A DNA stretch of 64,000 nucleotides from Microbotryum violaceum (GCA_001244265.2 CDLV01000011.1:1364001-1428000); one strand, 5' to 3'. Positions 36,961 to 49,233 are shown, counted from the stretch's first letter. A program made the numbers and translations. The notes: a model not told the origin generated them from the sequence alone.

Positions 36961-37202
36961 GTTGGGTTGGCTTGTCAAGGTGGGGTTGCGCAAGTGGTTA
37001 GCGAGAGTACGAGGAGCGCCGGAGTCTATCGCGCGAGGACCGTGTAATGGCTCCGTGCTGTCGAATGAACGTGTCTCTGTTACAATGTTACGGACTCGTG
37101 GCTCTCGCAACGCAAACACATAGGTAGCTGTTTTATAATCGATAATCGATTTCTTATTACATGCATACAGAAAGCCCGCCGCCAGCATTCGGCCCGAGTC
37201 GC

Positions 37203-37657
37203 TCAGTTGATCTGTCTTCGCCTTTTACTTCTCAGCTTGGCCTATGCGGATTTGGAGGAGGAGAAGATCAGTAAGTTGAACAATTCACCTGCGTAACCCC
37301 ACGAGAGCCTACCTTCTTGGCACTGTTCCTTCGACTGGTCTTGGCCCCTTTCCTCGACAGCGGACTCTTGGCGTAAAACTTGCGCGCCCCTTTCGGCATG
37401 GTGTAGCACCTCGTCTGTGGCGCAAATGAGCCGAGTAGTGTTGTAGAGAGTACAGATGGTATGAACGACACTGTTGCTGTTCTTGGACAGTTGACGGGCG
37501 AGAATGCAGAGGAGCGAGCGAGCGATGGTCGAGCAGTGGATGCGAACGCCGTCGGGCACATCGAGCGGCTCAGGGTGCTGACCGACACGCGGGAGCAGGG
37601 TCTGATGGAGGACGTAGACGCGAGCAATGGTCGAGCTAGGCCATGGAGGAGCGACAT
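37203..37657 (-). CDS. Small, highly basic protein with mitochondrial-presequence-like N-terminus (unidentified)
   Basis: MSLLHGLARPLLASTSSIRPCSR... is Ser/Arg-rich with no acidic residues. It continues YTMPKGARKFYAKSPLSRKGAKTSRRNSAKKVGSRGVTQ|AKLRSKRRRQIN* across a clean GTGAAT..CTGAT..TAG intron. Confidence 0.6.
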
Positions 37658-37752
37658 CTCGTTGGTGGTCCTGTACGCGGGGTGTGTTGGGGCTCGTCTG
37701 GAAGAGGCGGCCGAGTCCAACCAGCTCTCTACTATACTCTCGCGGGTGTTCA

Positions 37753-37797
37753 GCCGAGTCCTGCCGAGTCCTGCCAGGTCCTGCCGAGTCCGAGTCG
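37753..37797. repeat. About 4 copies of a 10-bp unit GCCGAGTCCT in a divergent promoter
   Basis: gccgagtcct gccgagtcct gccaggtcct gccgagtc cgagtcg. Confidence 0.8.
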
Positions 37798-37911
37798 TTG
37801 CTCCAAGAATTGTTATGCTGTTGAGTTGACCTAGTCATGTGTTCAGACTTAGAGATCAGAATCTACATCAATTTTCCCGTATTACATACGTTTGTGTAGC
37901 CTCGCGAGAAT

Positions 37912-37924
37912 TCACGTGACGTCA
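37912..37924. promoter_or_regulatory. Overlapping E-box (TCACGTGA) and CRE-like (TGACGTCA) palindromes in a divergent promoter
   Basis: tTCACGTGACGTCAa lies between divergent ATGs at 37657 (-) and 38214 (+). Confidence 0.45.
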
Positions 37925-38213
37925 AATCAATTACGGAAACTACTAGTACAGGCTCTGGTGCGGCTCGCTCTCACTTGCCGGTGACCCCGAGTCGGCGGCG
38001 GTCGGCGGTCGCTGGCGGTCGGGCTCCAGAGAAAGGCCGGTCGCTCGGCCTCGTTCGCCGTGTCTCTTCTACCTCAACCCCCCCCTGTGATCCTCTGTCC
38101 CGGTCTTGCGTCTTCCTCGACCTCCGTTCGCTGGTTCTCTTCCCCTTCCCTAACCGCCGTCACTCGAGGGAAGCCCGCATCTGCTCCACGTCAAAACTCC
38201 CCCGCGTCCAGCC

Positions 38214-39525
38214 ATGGCCGACGTTCTACGATCCGCGATCACCAACCCGGCCTACCATGACATCTTTGCCATCATCAAAGGTACGGCCATTCTGCTTTGA
38301 TGTGGACTCGCCGTTTTGTTTTTATCTCAAGTTCTGCATGGGCTCTACTCTGCATTCGACGCGGCTGGTGCCCCCCACCCTTGGCCCGGCTCCCTTCTGT
38401 ATCTCTGTATCTCTGTATCTCTGTATCTCTTGGCCGATTCGATCAACTGCCGCGTCTTGGCACCCCGTCCTGACGCTTTCAACCCCTCGATCAGGCGCAC
38501 GCAATGGTCTTGTCTACGGAGCCAAAGTTCGGTTCCCGCATGCCCTGATCATGGCCATTCTCTTTGGTCGAGGCAGGTCAGTCCCAGGCCAATAGCTTGT
38601 GAAACAGACCCCACCGCCCCACGTATATTGAACCGCCCATCGCCCGTTTCCCCGCCTCTTGCCTCTCTCGATCTCAATCTCATGACTAAAAGCTACCGAG
38701 ATCGAGCTCGCACCATTTTCAAGGCGACGAGACAGCACGCTTTTAACCTGGCCAAGTTTGTGTCCGTGTACAAGGCCGCTCTCTTGGTCCAAAAGACCTT
38801 GGCAGGGGGCAAGCAGAGGAAGGCCGATACGTTCTTTGCGGGGTTGCTCGGCGGGTGGTGCATCTTTGGAGAGAGGAATGCGATCAACGAGCAGGTACGT
38901 TGCGTCGATCGCAGCGATTATGCACAAGTTGTGTATCTGCGCGGAGAGCTGGGCATCGTAAGGCAGGAAGAACCTTGTCTCCAGCGAGCTGACCCCACAT
39001 CGCGCGTTCACCCCGTGATCAGATCGTCCTCTACGTCGTCTCGCGCGTCATCACCTCCTTCCTACCCCGAGCGACCCCACCTCAAGCCCCAAAACTTCCC
39101 CCCGGTGGTCTGTCCGCCGCGACCTCGGCAGCAGGTGTCCCGCCCCCACCTGGTTTCCCGTACGCTCGTCCCCGACCGCCCAACTCCAAGTTGTTCGAGG
39201 CGTATGCAGCTTTGTCGTGGGGTGCGGTGATGTGGTTGTTTGCGGAGAGGCGGGATACGTTGCAGAGTGGAATGATCAACAGTATGCAGGTCAGTTGGGG
39301 AGAGAAGTGAAGGGCAGAGCTTAGAGGAAAAGCCGTAGGAACTCACTCAGGGCTGTTCTTGTTCGACATAGTACTTGTATTTGGATTCGGAGGTCTGGAG
39401 TCCGCTCCAACCGCTCAAGACGATATTCTGGCGTACGTAGAATGATATTCACGCCTTAGACTTGAAGTTCGTAGGATCTCACCACTGACCGACAAACTCT
39501 GACACCTCCCGCAGACAATCGCTAG
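38214..39525 (+). CDS. PXMP4: Peroxisomal membrane protein 4 (PXMP4, Tim17 family)
   Basis: ITNPAYHDIFAIIKG|ARNGLVYGAKVRFPHALIMAILF; IFKATRQHAFNLAKFV; FFAGLLGG; NAINEQ|IVLYVVSRV; WGAVMWLF; LQSGMINSMQ|YLYLDSEVW...FWHNR*. Confidence 0.92.
38396..38429. repeat. (TCTGTATC)4 microsatellite in PXMP4 intron 1
   Basis: tctgtatc tctgtatc tctgtatc tctgtatc. Confidence 0.85.
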
Positions 39526-40875
39526 AGATGCCTTTCTGTACTCAGTCGAAGGATCACAGGTAGAGAAGTCTTGGTTCGACACGCAAAAGTTTCTTTTATA
39601 CAGTCCTGTCAAGAATGTCTTGTTTTCATACTTCTGTCGTCCGGCTTTGCTGTAAAAGACTTATTTGCCTTCGCGTCACATCTCGGTTCCCGTGAGATCG
39701 CTATCGTGTCGGTCTTCAATGGGCAAACCGTTTTGGGGGGTTTTGCGCCTAGCAAGAAATACGTCGCGACAAATTGGTGCCCTACAACTCCGTCCGGACA
39801 ACAGGGGCAGAGTGACCTCGACCAGCCACAAGTGAAACTCCACCTCCATCAGATTATGAGACACCCTTGCCCCCCAAATCGCTCGGGTCGCGAGTGAGAA
39901 AGTCCGACTCGGCCGCCTGGCACAGCAATCTTCGAACCCTGAGCCCTGAGCTGACGCCGGCTTTTGTGCCAGAATATCGTATTCAATCCGGTCTGATAAC
40001 TCAAGAGGGATATATGATATAACAGACTACTTGTTGAAGGAGCTATTCTCACCAAAGTGAATTCGGACACGCGCTTCTTGTGGAGAACTCGCAAAGCGCT
40101 GCTGAGTCAAGCCGTGGAAATTTATTTCCGCTATACTGAGGCAGCTGAATGAGGCTTGCCAACCATTAATTCCGAACCTCAGAATTCGCACACACCGGTG
40201 ACAACAGCTAGGGTTGAGAAGACTGACGGACTATTGTTGGCTCAAGAGCTTCAGTGAAATACATCTTCCATTTACTTACCGAGCACGTGTAACCAGAGCC
40301 CGCTAAAATCGTGAGCGCCTGCATGAGAAGGCAGCGGAACACCGGAGTGAATTCTTAAGCTGCGTGGGCATCCGCAAGTGGCGCATAACCAGCTTGGCGC
40401 ACGTCTTCTTCATTGCTACTTTCACCAGTTCGAATGAGAAGGTATAACGCCTCCCGTCGAAGGACGTGGTATCCGGTACGCAATGTTCAGACTTGGGGTG
40501 GTCTGACAACTTGCGAGTCCGAACTGATTGGGTCCGCCACCGTTCGGACGCTGGATGATACGGGGTCTGACGCAGCCGCTACAGCCTGTTCAACGTTGGG
40601 ATCTGTACCGTTGTGATGCAGGATACTTGGATTGAGTAGTGCTTCATTCCTCCTGTTGGGTCTGTCAGAGTACGGCATGGCTGATTTTCCCTTTTTTTCG
40701 TGATACACCGGGCCCTCGGAACTCAGGTTACCGTAAGTACCCGGTAAGTTCAGTCGTCTCAGTGGCCACCAACGTTAATACTGTACATTGGCTGTCAGAA
40801 TCAGTTACATCTTCAGACTTTAGGTATCACTTGATCTGTCCTCGCCTCGCTCCAAAGCTCTGGTCGGCAATTCTG

Positions 40876-41031
40876 CCTTCGACCTCGATGCTCGACGACG
40901 TCAAGAAGGCCGTCGGCATCACATCCGCTGACTCGAGCACGGCCTCCGTCAGCGACAAGAGGCTCTTTGCCGACATCTTCTCCGTGCTTGCCATGACCTA
41001 CTCGGACTCGGGCAAGCGCGAAACGCTCAGA
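40876..41031 (+). pseudogene. RPN1: Isolated fragment of 26S proteasome subunit Rpn1/PSMD2
   Basis: Reads ...SDKRLFADIFSVLAMTYSDSGKRETLR*, recognised as the Rpn1 N-terminal ADILSVLAMTYS motif. Strong C/G-ending codon bias. No other Rpn1 sequence on either side. Confidence 0.75.
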
Positions 41032-41237
41032 TGATCGGGGGCGATGGGTAGCAGAAGCTATTTCACGTGTGATCTGACAACGTCTACGCCAAGAAGAAAA
41101 GTGTAAAAACAAGTTTGACGAAGTCAAAGGGGTATGATGATGTTGCGCGTCTCTTCGTTCGTATCGGCGGTGATGCTCGTGAGTAAAGATGAAGATGACC
41201 AAAGTTCCGAGAGTCTAGCCAGAACAACAAGGACCAA

Positions 41238-43290
41238 CTACGCCGCCGTCCCCGCATCCCCCTGTATCCCCGCTCTAATCAACCTCTTCAACCTCCCCAT
41301 CTCATTCTGAACATCCTTGGTAGCATACAGATCCTTCTGGTTCTGTTTCGTACACTTTTCCACCAACTTCAACGCTTTCGAACATTCTTCGGATATGGAG
41401 AGGGATAGCTCTTGTTGGGTCTTTTGGAGGGAGAGGAGGAAGGGGTCCGTTGGTGTTGGATTTGTCGGGGTCGGTGAAGCGGGATGCGGGGCGCGATTTG
41501 GGGATCGGGAGGAGTAGATGGAGGATTTGGTGGTGGTGAGTGTCGTGGAAGGTGAGATGTTTGTCAATAAGGGGGCGTGAGGGGTTTGGGATGTCGATGG
41601 GATGGAGAAATAGGGCGAAGGGAGGGCCAGGAGTTTCGAGACTGCGATTACGGAGACGCGAAGAGTTAGCTCGCGTTGCGCTGAAAAGGAGGCAGGGGTG
41701 GATTCACGTACCTAATGTTGTCGACGAAGCCAACTTGGTTTGTGACTTGGCCAGTTCTTGCCGCAGTACATCAAAGTCGCGCTTGAACCCTTCTTGCATC
41801 GATCTGAAAGAGCGAATCGAAAACTCGATCAGCTCCTCCGGTGCCCCACCTCCGCTCGACACCATACAGCCGAACTTACTTGATCCCCCTCGCCAAACTC
41901 CCATATTCACTCTCGGCCTTCTTCCTCAATTCCTCATTCTGCTCATTCTCCGCACTCAAATCTTTGATCTGTTGCCTACTACTGGCGACCAACTCCTTAT
42001 GACTGCTCTGCAACTCGTTCAACGTGGTCTCCGCCGTTCGTGCTCGAGCCAAGGCTTCTTCCTGCATGCGTTCTTTCCGCGCCAAAACGCGTTGAAGTCC
42101 TTCAATTTCTAATGTAAGTCGTTCTTTGGTTTCTTTCATGTCGTCTAGAGTAGATTTGAAGTGAACACCTTTGTCAGCTCGTACCGAAAAGAGGCTTCGC
42201 TCAGGGACGGCATGGCTTGAACCGCACCATTGAACCTGGTCAAACTCTCGATCGCCCTCTGTCCGTTCCTCAATTGAATTCGACTCGAATCCAACGCGGA
42301 CCTAGCGATCAACAGATCACTCTGCAATGCCGCGATGACTTTGCCACTCCCCGACGTCGCGGCTGAGGCTGAAGCGGCTAAGCGATCACGAGGGTTTCCG
42401 GTTGAATTGCCGAAATGACCTGATGAAGCGACGGATACGCGGCGGGTACTGGTCGAGGATGTGGAAGATTGTCGTGCGTAGGGATTGTGAGGGGCTAATG
42501 CCGAGGACGGGGAATGCTCGGAGTTTTCAGGGGAGAGGTTCGGGGATGAAGGGGGCGAAGAAGTTGAGGGTGAGCGACCTGGATCGTCCGAGACGAGTGC
42601 TCGATTGAGAGCTACTGCGCCTGCCGAGGGGAGTCGGCCTGCCGAACTGGGGGATGAGGTGGAGAGGGAAGGTGAGGAAGGACTCGGGGGTGCGCTGCTC
42701 CCGTTGTGGTTTTGGCAGATGCTGATGGGTTTGGGGGAGGAGGCCCGGTGCTCGGAGATGGAGAGACCGCCCAGATTCCGCGGGGAGGACGATCCAAAGG
42801 GGGCTGGATTGACCTTGACGGAGAGTTTGGATTGCCTGGTGTCAGACTAGCGTGTCAGTTCACTGGCGTCTGCGTCGGCTACCACCGGGCGACTCGCAAT
42901 CTGACCGGACCCGCACCCACCTCTGGCGCTGGTCGTGTGGGGGGGTCCGGGCGCGAGGTGAGGTGAGGTGACGCGACAAGACGACGACGACCGAGTCGAA
43001 CGGAGCAGGACTCACAAGTCGGCAATCGTAGCCCTAGCGATACGCAGCTGATGTTTGAGAGTGTCCGTCTCGTGGCTCGTTGCGCCGGGATCCCTGTTGG
43101 GTGTCGCACGGCCGTTCGAAGTGGATGTGCCGGCGGTGGTGGAGCCGGTCGATGCGGACGTGGCCACGGACGAGGTGGTCGAGCTGTGTCGCGCACGTAC
43201 GGTCGGAACAGGTGGTGCAGTTGCCGAAGGTGGTAAGCCATCTAGACTGCCAGAATCATCCACGTTTGGTGTTGAAGCGTAGGTTGTCAT
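41238..43290 (-). CDS. Coiled-coil protein, She3-like, multi-exon
   Basis: Low-complexity N-terminus, then SGKVIAALQSDLLIARSALDSSRIQLRNGQRAIESLTR|DDMKETKERLTLEIEGLQRVLARKERMQEEALARARTAE. Family assignment is from memory of similar basidiomycete proteins. Confidence 0.6.
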
Positions 43291-43954
43291 GACGGATGAG
43301 GAGGGATAATGGACGAGTCGAGTTGTCGCCGTGACGAGCGAGTCGTCGCCGTGTCGAACGATTAGCCAGAGCTCGAGAGAGACTTGACACGTCCTTCGAG
43401 TGAGCTATTACACGGAGCACCACTCGCAGATCGAGACAATCAGCTCGTCGACGGTGGGGAAACCTTTACGAGCGAATCCAACTCGTTGTCGCGGCTGATT
43501 ATGAAGACAGAGAACGGTCATTGAAGGAGCTGGCCGCGCTCGAATTCGGGTCGGCGCGCGCGAACGACCCGACGGGCGACGATAGGGGACCGTGCGCGCT
43601 CGCACGAGCACCCCGCGACATGTTTCAGTTCATCGGCCGGCCTCCAAAGAAGAAGAATTGACTTGACCAAGAAGTGCGAGTATTAAACGATTGTCGGGTT
43701 TCGGAAGATCTGTTCGTTCCTTTCGCGGCTCATGATGCAGGGGGTGATAGTGCATTTTGTTTGAGGTTTGAAGCACAGAGCCTTAGCACTAACCAATCCA
43801 CACCAGTAGTGTACCTAATCCACACCATAGTGAGAATTGAAAATGCGCACGGGAGCGCGTGATCGAGCCGAGCTCCGAGAATGACGGCGTCATCGCGCCA
43901 GTTGCTCTGATCTGGACCCCGACTCGGACTGGCTTCTGCAGCCTGCCCCACACG

Positions 43955-45134
43955 ATGCTGCTTACCCGATCACAGATACCGCTCTTACACACATCCCGAA
44001 CAACAGGCTTCCAAGCCACCACAGCACGACTATACCCTTGTATCCGCGTGAGTAGGCACGCAGCCCTGGCACATCCGCATCCCCCCCACCACCACTGACA
44101 ACTGACGTCGTTTCGCTACGTTTCACCAGCTATTTCACACCACCGCCCTTCTCAAACAACCACCTATTCAAATATCAACACCACCTAAAAGAAACCCTTC
44201 GCCCACCCCGCCAGCGAAGAAGGATCTGTACGAGAACATCTACACCATCCCAAACGCCTTGACGCTCGCTCGCATCGCCGCAACACCCGTGATAGGTCAT
44301 TTCGTGCTGCAGGGTCAATTCGCCCAAGCGACGGCGTTGTTGTTCGTAGCTGGCGTTTCAGACGTGGTACGTCGTGTTCGTTCCTGCTCGGGAGATTTCG
44401 ATCAAGCTCACAGGAGAAAGGAGAACGGGTTCGCACTCCGTTTAGGTTGATGGGTACCTCGCGAGGAGATATAATATGGGCTCCGTCCTGGGGTCAATCC
44501 TCGATCCAGCGGCGGACAAATTCCTTATGACGACCATGGTCGTAACGTTGGCTATGAAGAGTATGCTACCCCGTAAGTCCAGGGCCGGGAGCTCACCCCT
44601 TCTTGATGCAACATCAACCCAAAGCCGACCTCCTCGTTCTCTCGTTTTCGCAAGTCCCCTTGGCCATCTTGATCATAGGACGAGACGTCGCACTCACCAT
44701 TTCGGCTTTCTACTTCCGATACAAATCTCTACCACCACCCGTAAGTCACCTTTCCCTACCATCCCCATGAATCCTCCATAATTCTCACCGAACCTCTTTC
44801 CCCCTCCCAGAAATCCTTTTCCCGTTTCTGGGACTTTTCCATCCCTTCCGCCGAAGTCAAACCGACCACTTTGTCAAAGTACAACACTCTGTTGCAGTTG
44901 ATCTTGGTGGGGACGACGACGATTCAACCGCTCTTGCCGTTCGAATTGGGGATCGGCTTGGTCGGCTTACAGTCAGTTCTTCAACGGTTTTTTTCAGCGA
45001 CCGGCTGCTAGACGAGTGACTGACGTCCTCGTTTCCCCTTTGGCTTTCTCCGGCATGGCAGATTCGTCGTCGCTGGTACGACGATCGGTTCGGGACTTTC
45101 TTATGTTTTCGGACGAGGGGTCAAATACCTGTAG
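43955..45134 (+). CDS. CRD1: Cardiolipin synthase (CDP-alcohol phosphatidyltransferase)
   Basis: Presequence-like N-terminus; ENIYTIPNALTLARI; DV|VDGYLARRYNMGSVLGSILDPAADK; IIGRDV; FWDFSIPSAEVKPTTLSKYNT. Confidence 0.93.
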
Positions 45135-45199
45135 ACGCTATCTCTCTCTCTGACCTCGAAATAATATTCCACCATGACCACTTTTGTTTGCATCGAACA

Positions 45200-47078
45200 T
45201 CAAATCGCCTGATTCCTCTCCCACCCTTTCCTAAATTCCCTAACCCTCGCATCACTCTCCATCAAAGCCTTCATAAAGGTCCCATCATCCACACCCTCCT
45301 GACCGACTTCCCTAATCGCTCTAAAACCCATCAACAAATCGACGATCCCTAAAGCTTCCTTTTTTTCGAGACGGGTGGGGACGGAAAGTTGACGAACCGA
45401 AGAGAGGAGGGAGGAGTAGATTTGGTGCGAGGGTCCTAGGGGGGTATAGGACGGGTAGGGCGAGGAGGAAAGGTGTTCTTCCAAGGCTGGGGAAGTGGTG
45501 GTGGATTGATGGGAGGGGGAGATGAGGACGAGGCCGTTGGACTGTGAGAACAGCAAGGCAGAGAGAGGTCAGGATCCTGAAGAGGAAACCGATAGAGCTA
45601 ACCCGAACGTACAAAATTCTTGACCCCCCCAACATAATCCAACAACAACCTCGGCAAACTCAAATCATGCGCCTCCAACTTTCGATACGTAGGATCGACG
45701 TATTGTGTCGTATTGAACAGACCCTGTGCCTGATCGATCGCCAACAGAACGGGGTGGGAGGTCTGTCGACTCAATTCAAAGAACAACGCTTCGAGAAGAA
45801 GGGGTGCCGATCGATCTTGGGGAGAGGATTGGATGATGAGGGCATACAAGGAGGTGCCGATGGGGAGATCGGCGGTGAGTTCGTAGGGTTGAGTCGTTTT
45901 AAGGGAGGTCAAGAGGGTTTTGTTGGTTTGCGCGATGCGTTGGAGGAATTGGGCGGCGAACTGAGGTTGGTCGAACAAGGCTCGTTGGGGGGAGTAGATG
46001 TGAGGTGTGGAGGAGTTGACCAGGGGGGTGGCTGTGAAGGAGGGGAATCGGTTGGCCCAAGGCGCGTGGGCAGAATGGACAGGGAATGGACGTACCAGAT
46101 GGGAGATAAAGTACGATCCAGCCTGTCGCTTGAGCGTAGGCCAGACCCTGCAACATGACGACCGACTTGCCGCTGCCTGACGGACCATCTGCGAGTAAAA
46201 GTGTGCCAGATATGAGCGGTCTGCACTTCTCTACCGTCCGACTTGCCCAAAGACCGAGGACTGACTGAGGACGGTCCTACTCGCTGCCGAACTGTTGCCC
46301 TTGCTCTGATCGATCAAGTTCTTGACCTTCAACGTGACCGATCGTACGACCGTAGCTGGTCTTGTGGTCGCCGAGAACTGTCACCACGAAAGGAGAGTCA
46401 GTCCAGACGTGAGCTCAACGATGGCATGCTGCTCGAAGGGCTGACCTCTTTCTGAATCAGACTGGGGATCGTCCAGTTCTTGAACGCCTGCAGCGCCTGG
46501 GATGAGAAGGCCTTGACTTGTCCGACCGAATCTTGCGTCAGGGTATTCTGTCGATTGAGAAGACTCGACGAAGGTCAGGCAGGATTGCTCATTGTCCAAC
46601 TGCTGGTCTGTCGTACTGGCCGGCCACTGACGGGTTGTAGTTCGGCGAGCGAGGACAGGATCTTGGGTTTCAGGGTCACTGATTCGAGCACGTTGCCCAA
46701 CCCTCGGGAGCCTCCTGAGGAAGATGATGCGTCCTAGGGGAGGTCGGGCGTTCACATAGGGTTAGCTAGCCCCTATGGTGGCAAGGTCGTAACGGAGCCA
46801 GTGGGTAGTGAGAAGTGGGTAGTGGGACTGACCTCATCCGTTGCGCCCGCTTTCCCCTTGTTCCTCCACAGAGCTTTGTTGGCTGTTACGCAAGACACGG
46901 ATCCCAGGTCAGAGTTCAATATACCACTCGGTTCTGAAGAGCGGTGCCGACATGGGGTAGTGTTGGGCCACGTACGATTTGGTTTGGGAGCGGTGACGGT
47001 CGCAGACGAGTTGAAGGATCGCAAGAGCAGCTTGGATGACGATGCGCCAGAGCCGAGGGGTGGTGTGGCTCGTAACAT
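45200..47078 (-). CDS. RSM23: Mitochondrial small-subunit ribosomal protein mS29 (DAP3/Rsm23)
   Basis: Presequence MLRATPPLG...RSFNSSA; P-loop DGPSGSGKSVVMLQGLAYAQATGWIVLYLPS; FDQPQFAAQFLQRI; HPVLLAIDQAQGLF..TQYVDP.Y. Confidence 0.88.
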
Positions 47079-47335
47079 TTTTTGGCTGGGACGTGGAGAG
47101 AGAGTTGTGGTGTGTGTCTTGGGACAGGGGGCCAAGAGCGTGGAATGACGGGCCGCGCAAGATGAACTGGGCCGTGCTCAGTCTGACCTCTGCGAGCGCG
47201 AATAATTTGAAAACGATCGGCCGGAAAGGAGAGCCGGGCGATCGCGACAAAGTTCGCCTCCTCTCCCTCACAGCACTTCAACGTCGCACCGCGGGGAGCC
47301 CGTCGTACGACCCACATCAACCGAGGAGCACGACC

Positions 47336-49233
47336 ATGAACGGCCACCATCAAAAGAGGTCGCACAGAGCTGGGTTGGCAGCCGAGAAATCCTACTACTC
47401 TTCGGGGACGACGACCACCACTTTACACGACAACGATGACGATGACGATGACGACAGCAAGGGTCTGCATAGCAAGCAGCAGTCCAAGTTGGCTCATGCT
47501 TTGTTGAGACTACCCTCTATCGATGAGGCGAGTTACGGGATATTATCTCTGATCTTCAGCCGAGTGCTAACGCTCACCTTCCGACTTGCAGCTCGAGATC
47601 ATTCACCCCCTGGGCGCCGCTCTGCCCCTCGAACTCGAGCAAATCATCCACCAACAAGCCTACTTCTACCACCTCACTCAACTCGATCTCTCGCACTTGC
47701 TCCAGCCCCAATTCATGAACGATTATATCCGCAAAGGTCAGCTTCAGCTTGGAGAGAGAGAGAGAGAGAGAGAGCAGAGTTTCGACATCGCGCGCTGAGA
47801 TGCCTCTCTTCACGTGTTTGATCATCTAGGAAGTTTGCTTGCGGTTTCGATACCTACTCAGTCAAAAGATGATGCGGAAGGGGATGTCGTAGCCATAGAT
47901 GGAAGAGGTGAGCCCCTTTGGCTGCTCTTCTCGGCGAAAAAGCTGAATCGAATGCTCTTCATTCCTCAGGTCGACTGATCCTAAACGTCAGTAAACACAC
48001 GTACGAAACCCTCGGTCTAACGGGCAGGAAATCACGTCAACTCGCTTCCGCGACGCGACAACGATTCGGTACGTTCTTTCGGGTCTTGCCCCCCTCCGCC
48101 TCCCGCAAGTCGACCTCGTTTCTCCCCCACTTAACCCCTCTCCCCGCCCCCCCCCCCCTCAAAAAAAAACAGTCATCGAGCTCCCACTCTCCTCCCCCTC
48201 CAACGTCTGTGGGAAATCCGGCTTTGAGCGCATCAAATCCCATCTACGCAATTGGCCTACAAGAAGTCGTACGGATCTGTTCACCCAATTGGACGGAGTG
48301 GCCAGTTTCGAACGGAGTGGGAAAGAGGGGGGTAAGAGGTGGGATGTGCTGATGTGTTTTGTCGGGGAGGATGGTGAGTGGGGGACCTTCTTCGGGGGAG
48401 TTGGAGTATTGATCGGGTCTTGTGAGACTGATGAGGTTTATTCGTCGTCGCGAATAGGTTCGCTCCAACCAATCGACTTTCCCCCTTCCCTGCTGGAAGC
48501 AGGGACTCGAATCAAGCGCTGCACAGCAAATCTTACTAAATCAACCACCAAAACCGTTCTATCACCCAAAGACTGCATATCTCCACCCTTCGGATCCTCC
48601 GAACAAACGCCTAGCGTCAACAAGAAACGTCGGAAACTCATGACACCGTCCGGAGTCCCTACCAAGCGTTTCGAAGAGAGGACTTCGACGTTGGCGAAGG
48701 AAGTGGAAGAAGGGACGAGAGGAATGAGGGAGTGGATTGGGAGAGCTAGGTTGGGAGATGCTGGGTCGAGGGGGTTGGAAGAAGAGGGAGAGGAAGAGGA
48801 GGAGGAGGAGGAGGGGAGGGTGGTGGTGGATATGACGGTCATGAGATGGACTGGCTTCTTTCATCCTTTTGCGATGAAGAGGGTTCTAGAAGCGCTCCTT
48901 GAGGCGCAAGCCTCGACCATCCCCAGGACCTCTACACCCTCGTCTACATCACCACCCACCATCTTCTCCCTCCTCACCACCCTTCGACACCCTTTCTCCC
49001 ACTTCATCAAATGGGGCAAAGAACCTCTCGTGGGTACGAACAAGAGACCTAATGGGAAGAGGGTCAAGAGGGGACGTGGGAGGGGGGAGGAGGAAGAGGC
49101 CTCCTCGGAAGCTGGTGGAGGGGTGGACTTGGGCGAGGGTGGTGTGACAGGAGTTGAGATTTGGTTTGGGGGGAGGAAGGAGAGGAGTGAGAAAGATGAT
49201 CAAGTGGGGTGGAGTTTATGGGAGTGGCAGTGA
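47336..49233 (+). CDS. RPP40: RNase P/MRP subunit Rpp40-like
   Basis: LSHLLQPQFMNDYIRKG|SLLAVS...DVVAIDGRG|RLILNVSKHTYETLGLTG...QRF|VIELPL; later EWIGRARL and MRWTGFF. Confidence 0.75.
47752..47774. repeat. (GA)n microsatellite in an Rpp40 intron
   Basis: gagagagagagagagagagagag. Confidence 0.9.
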
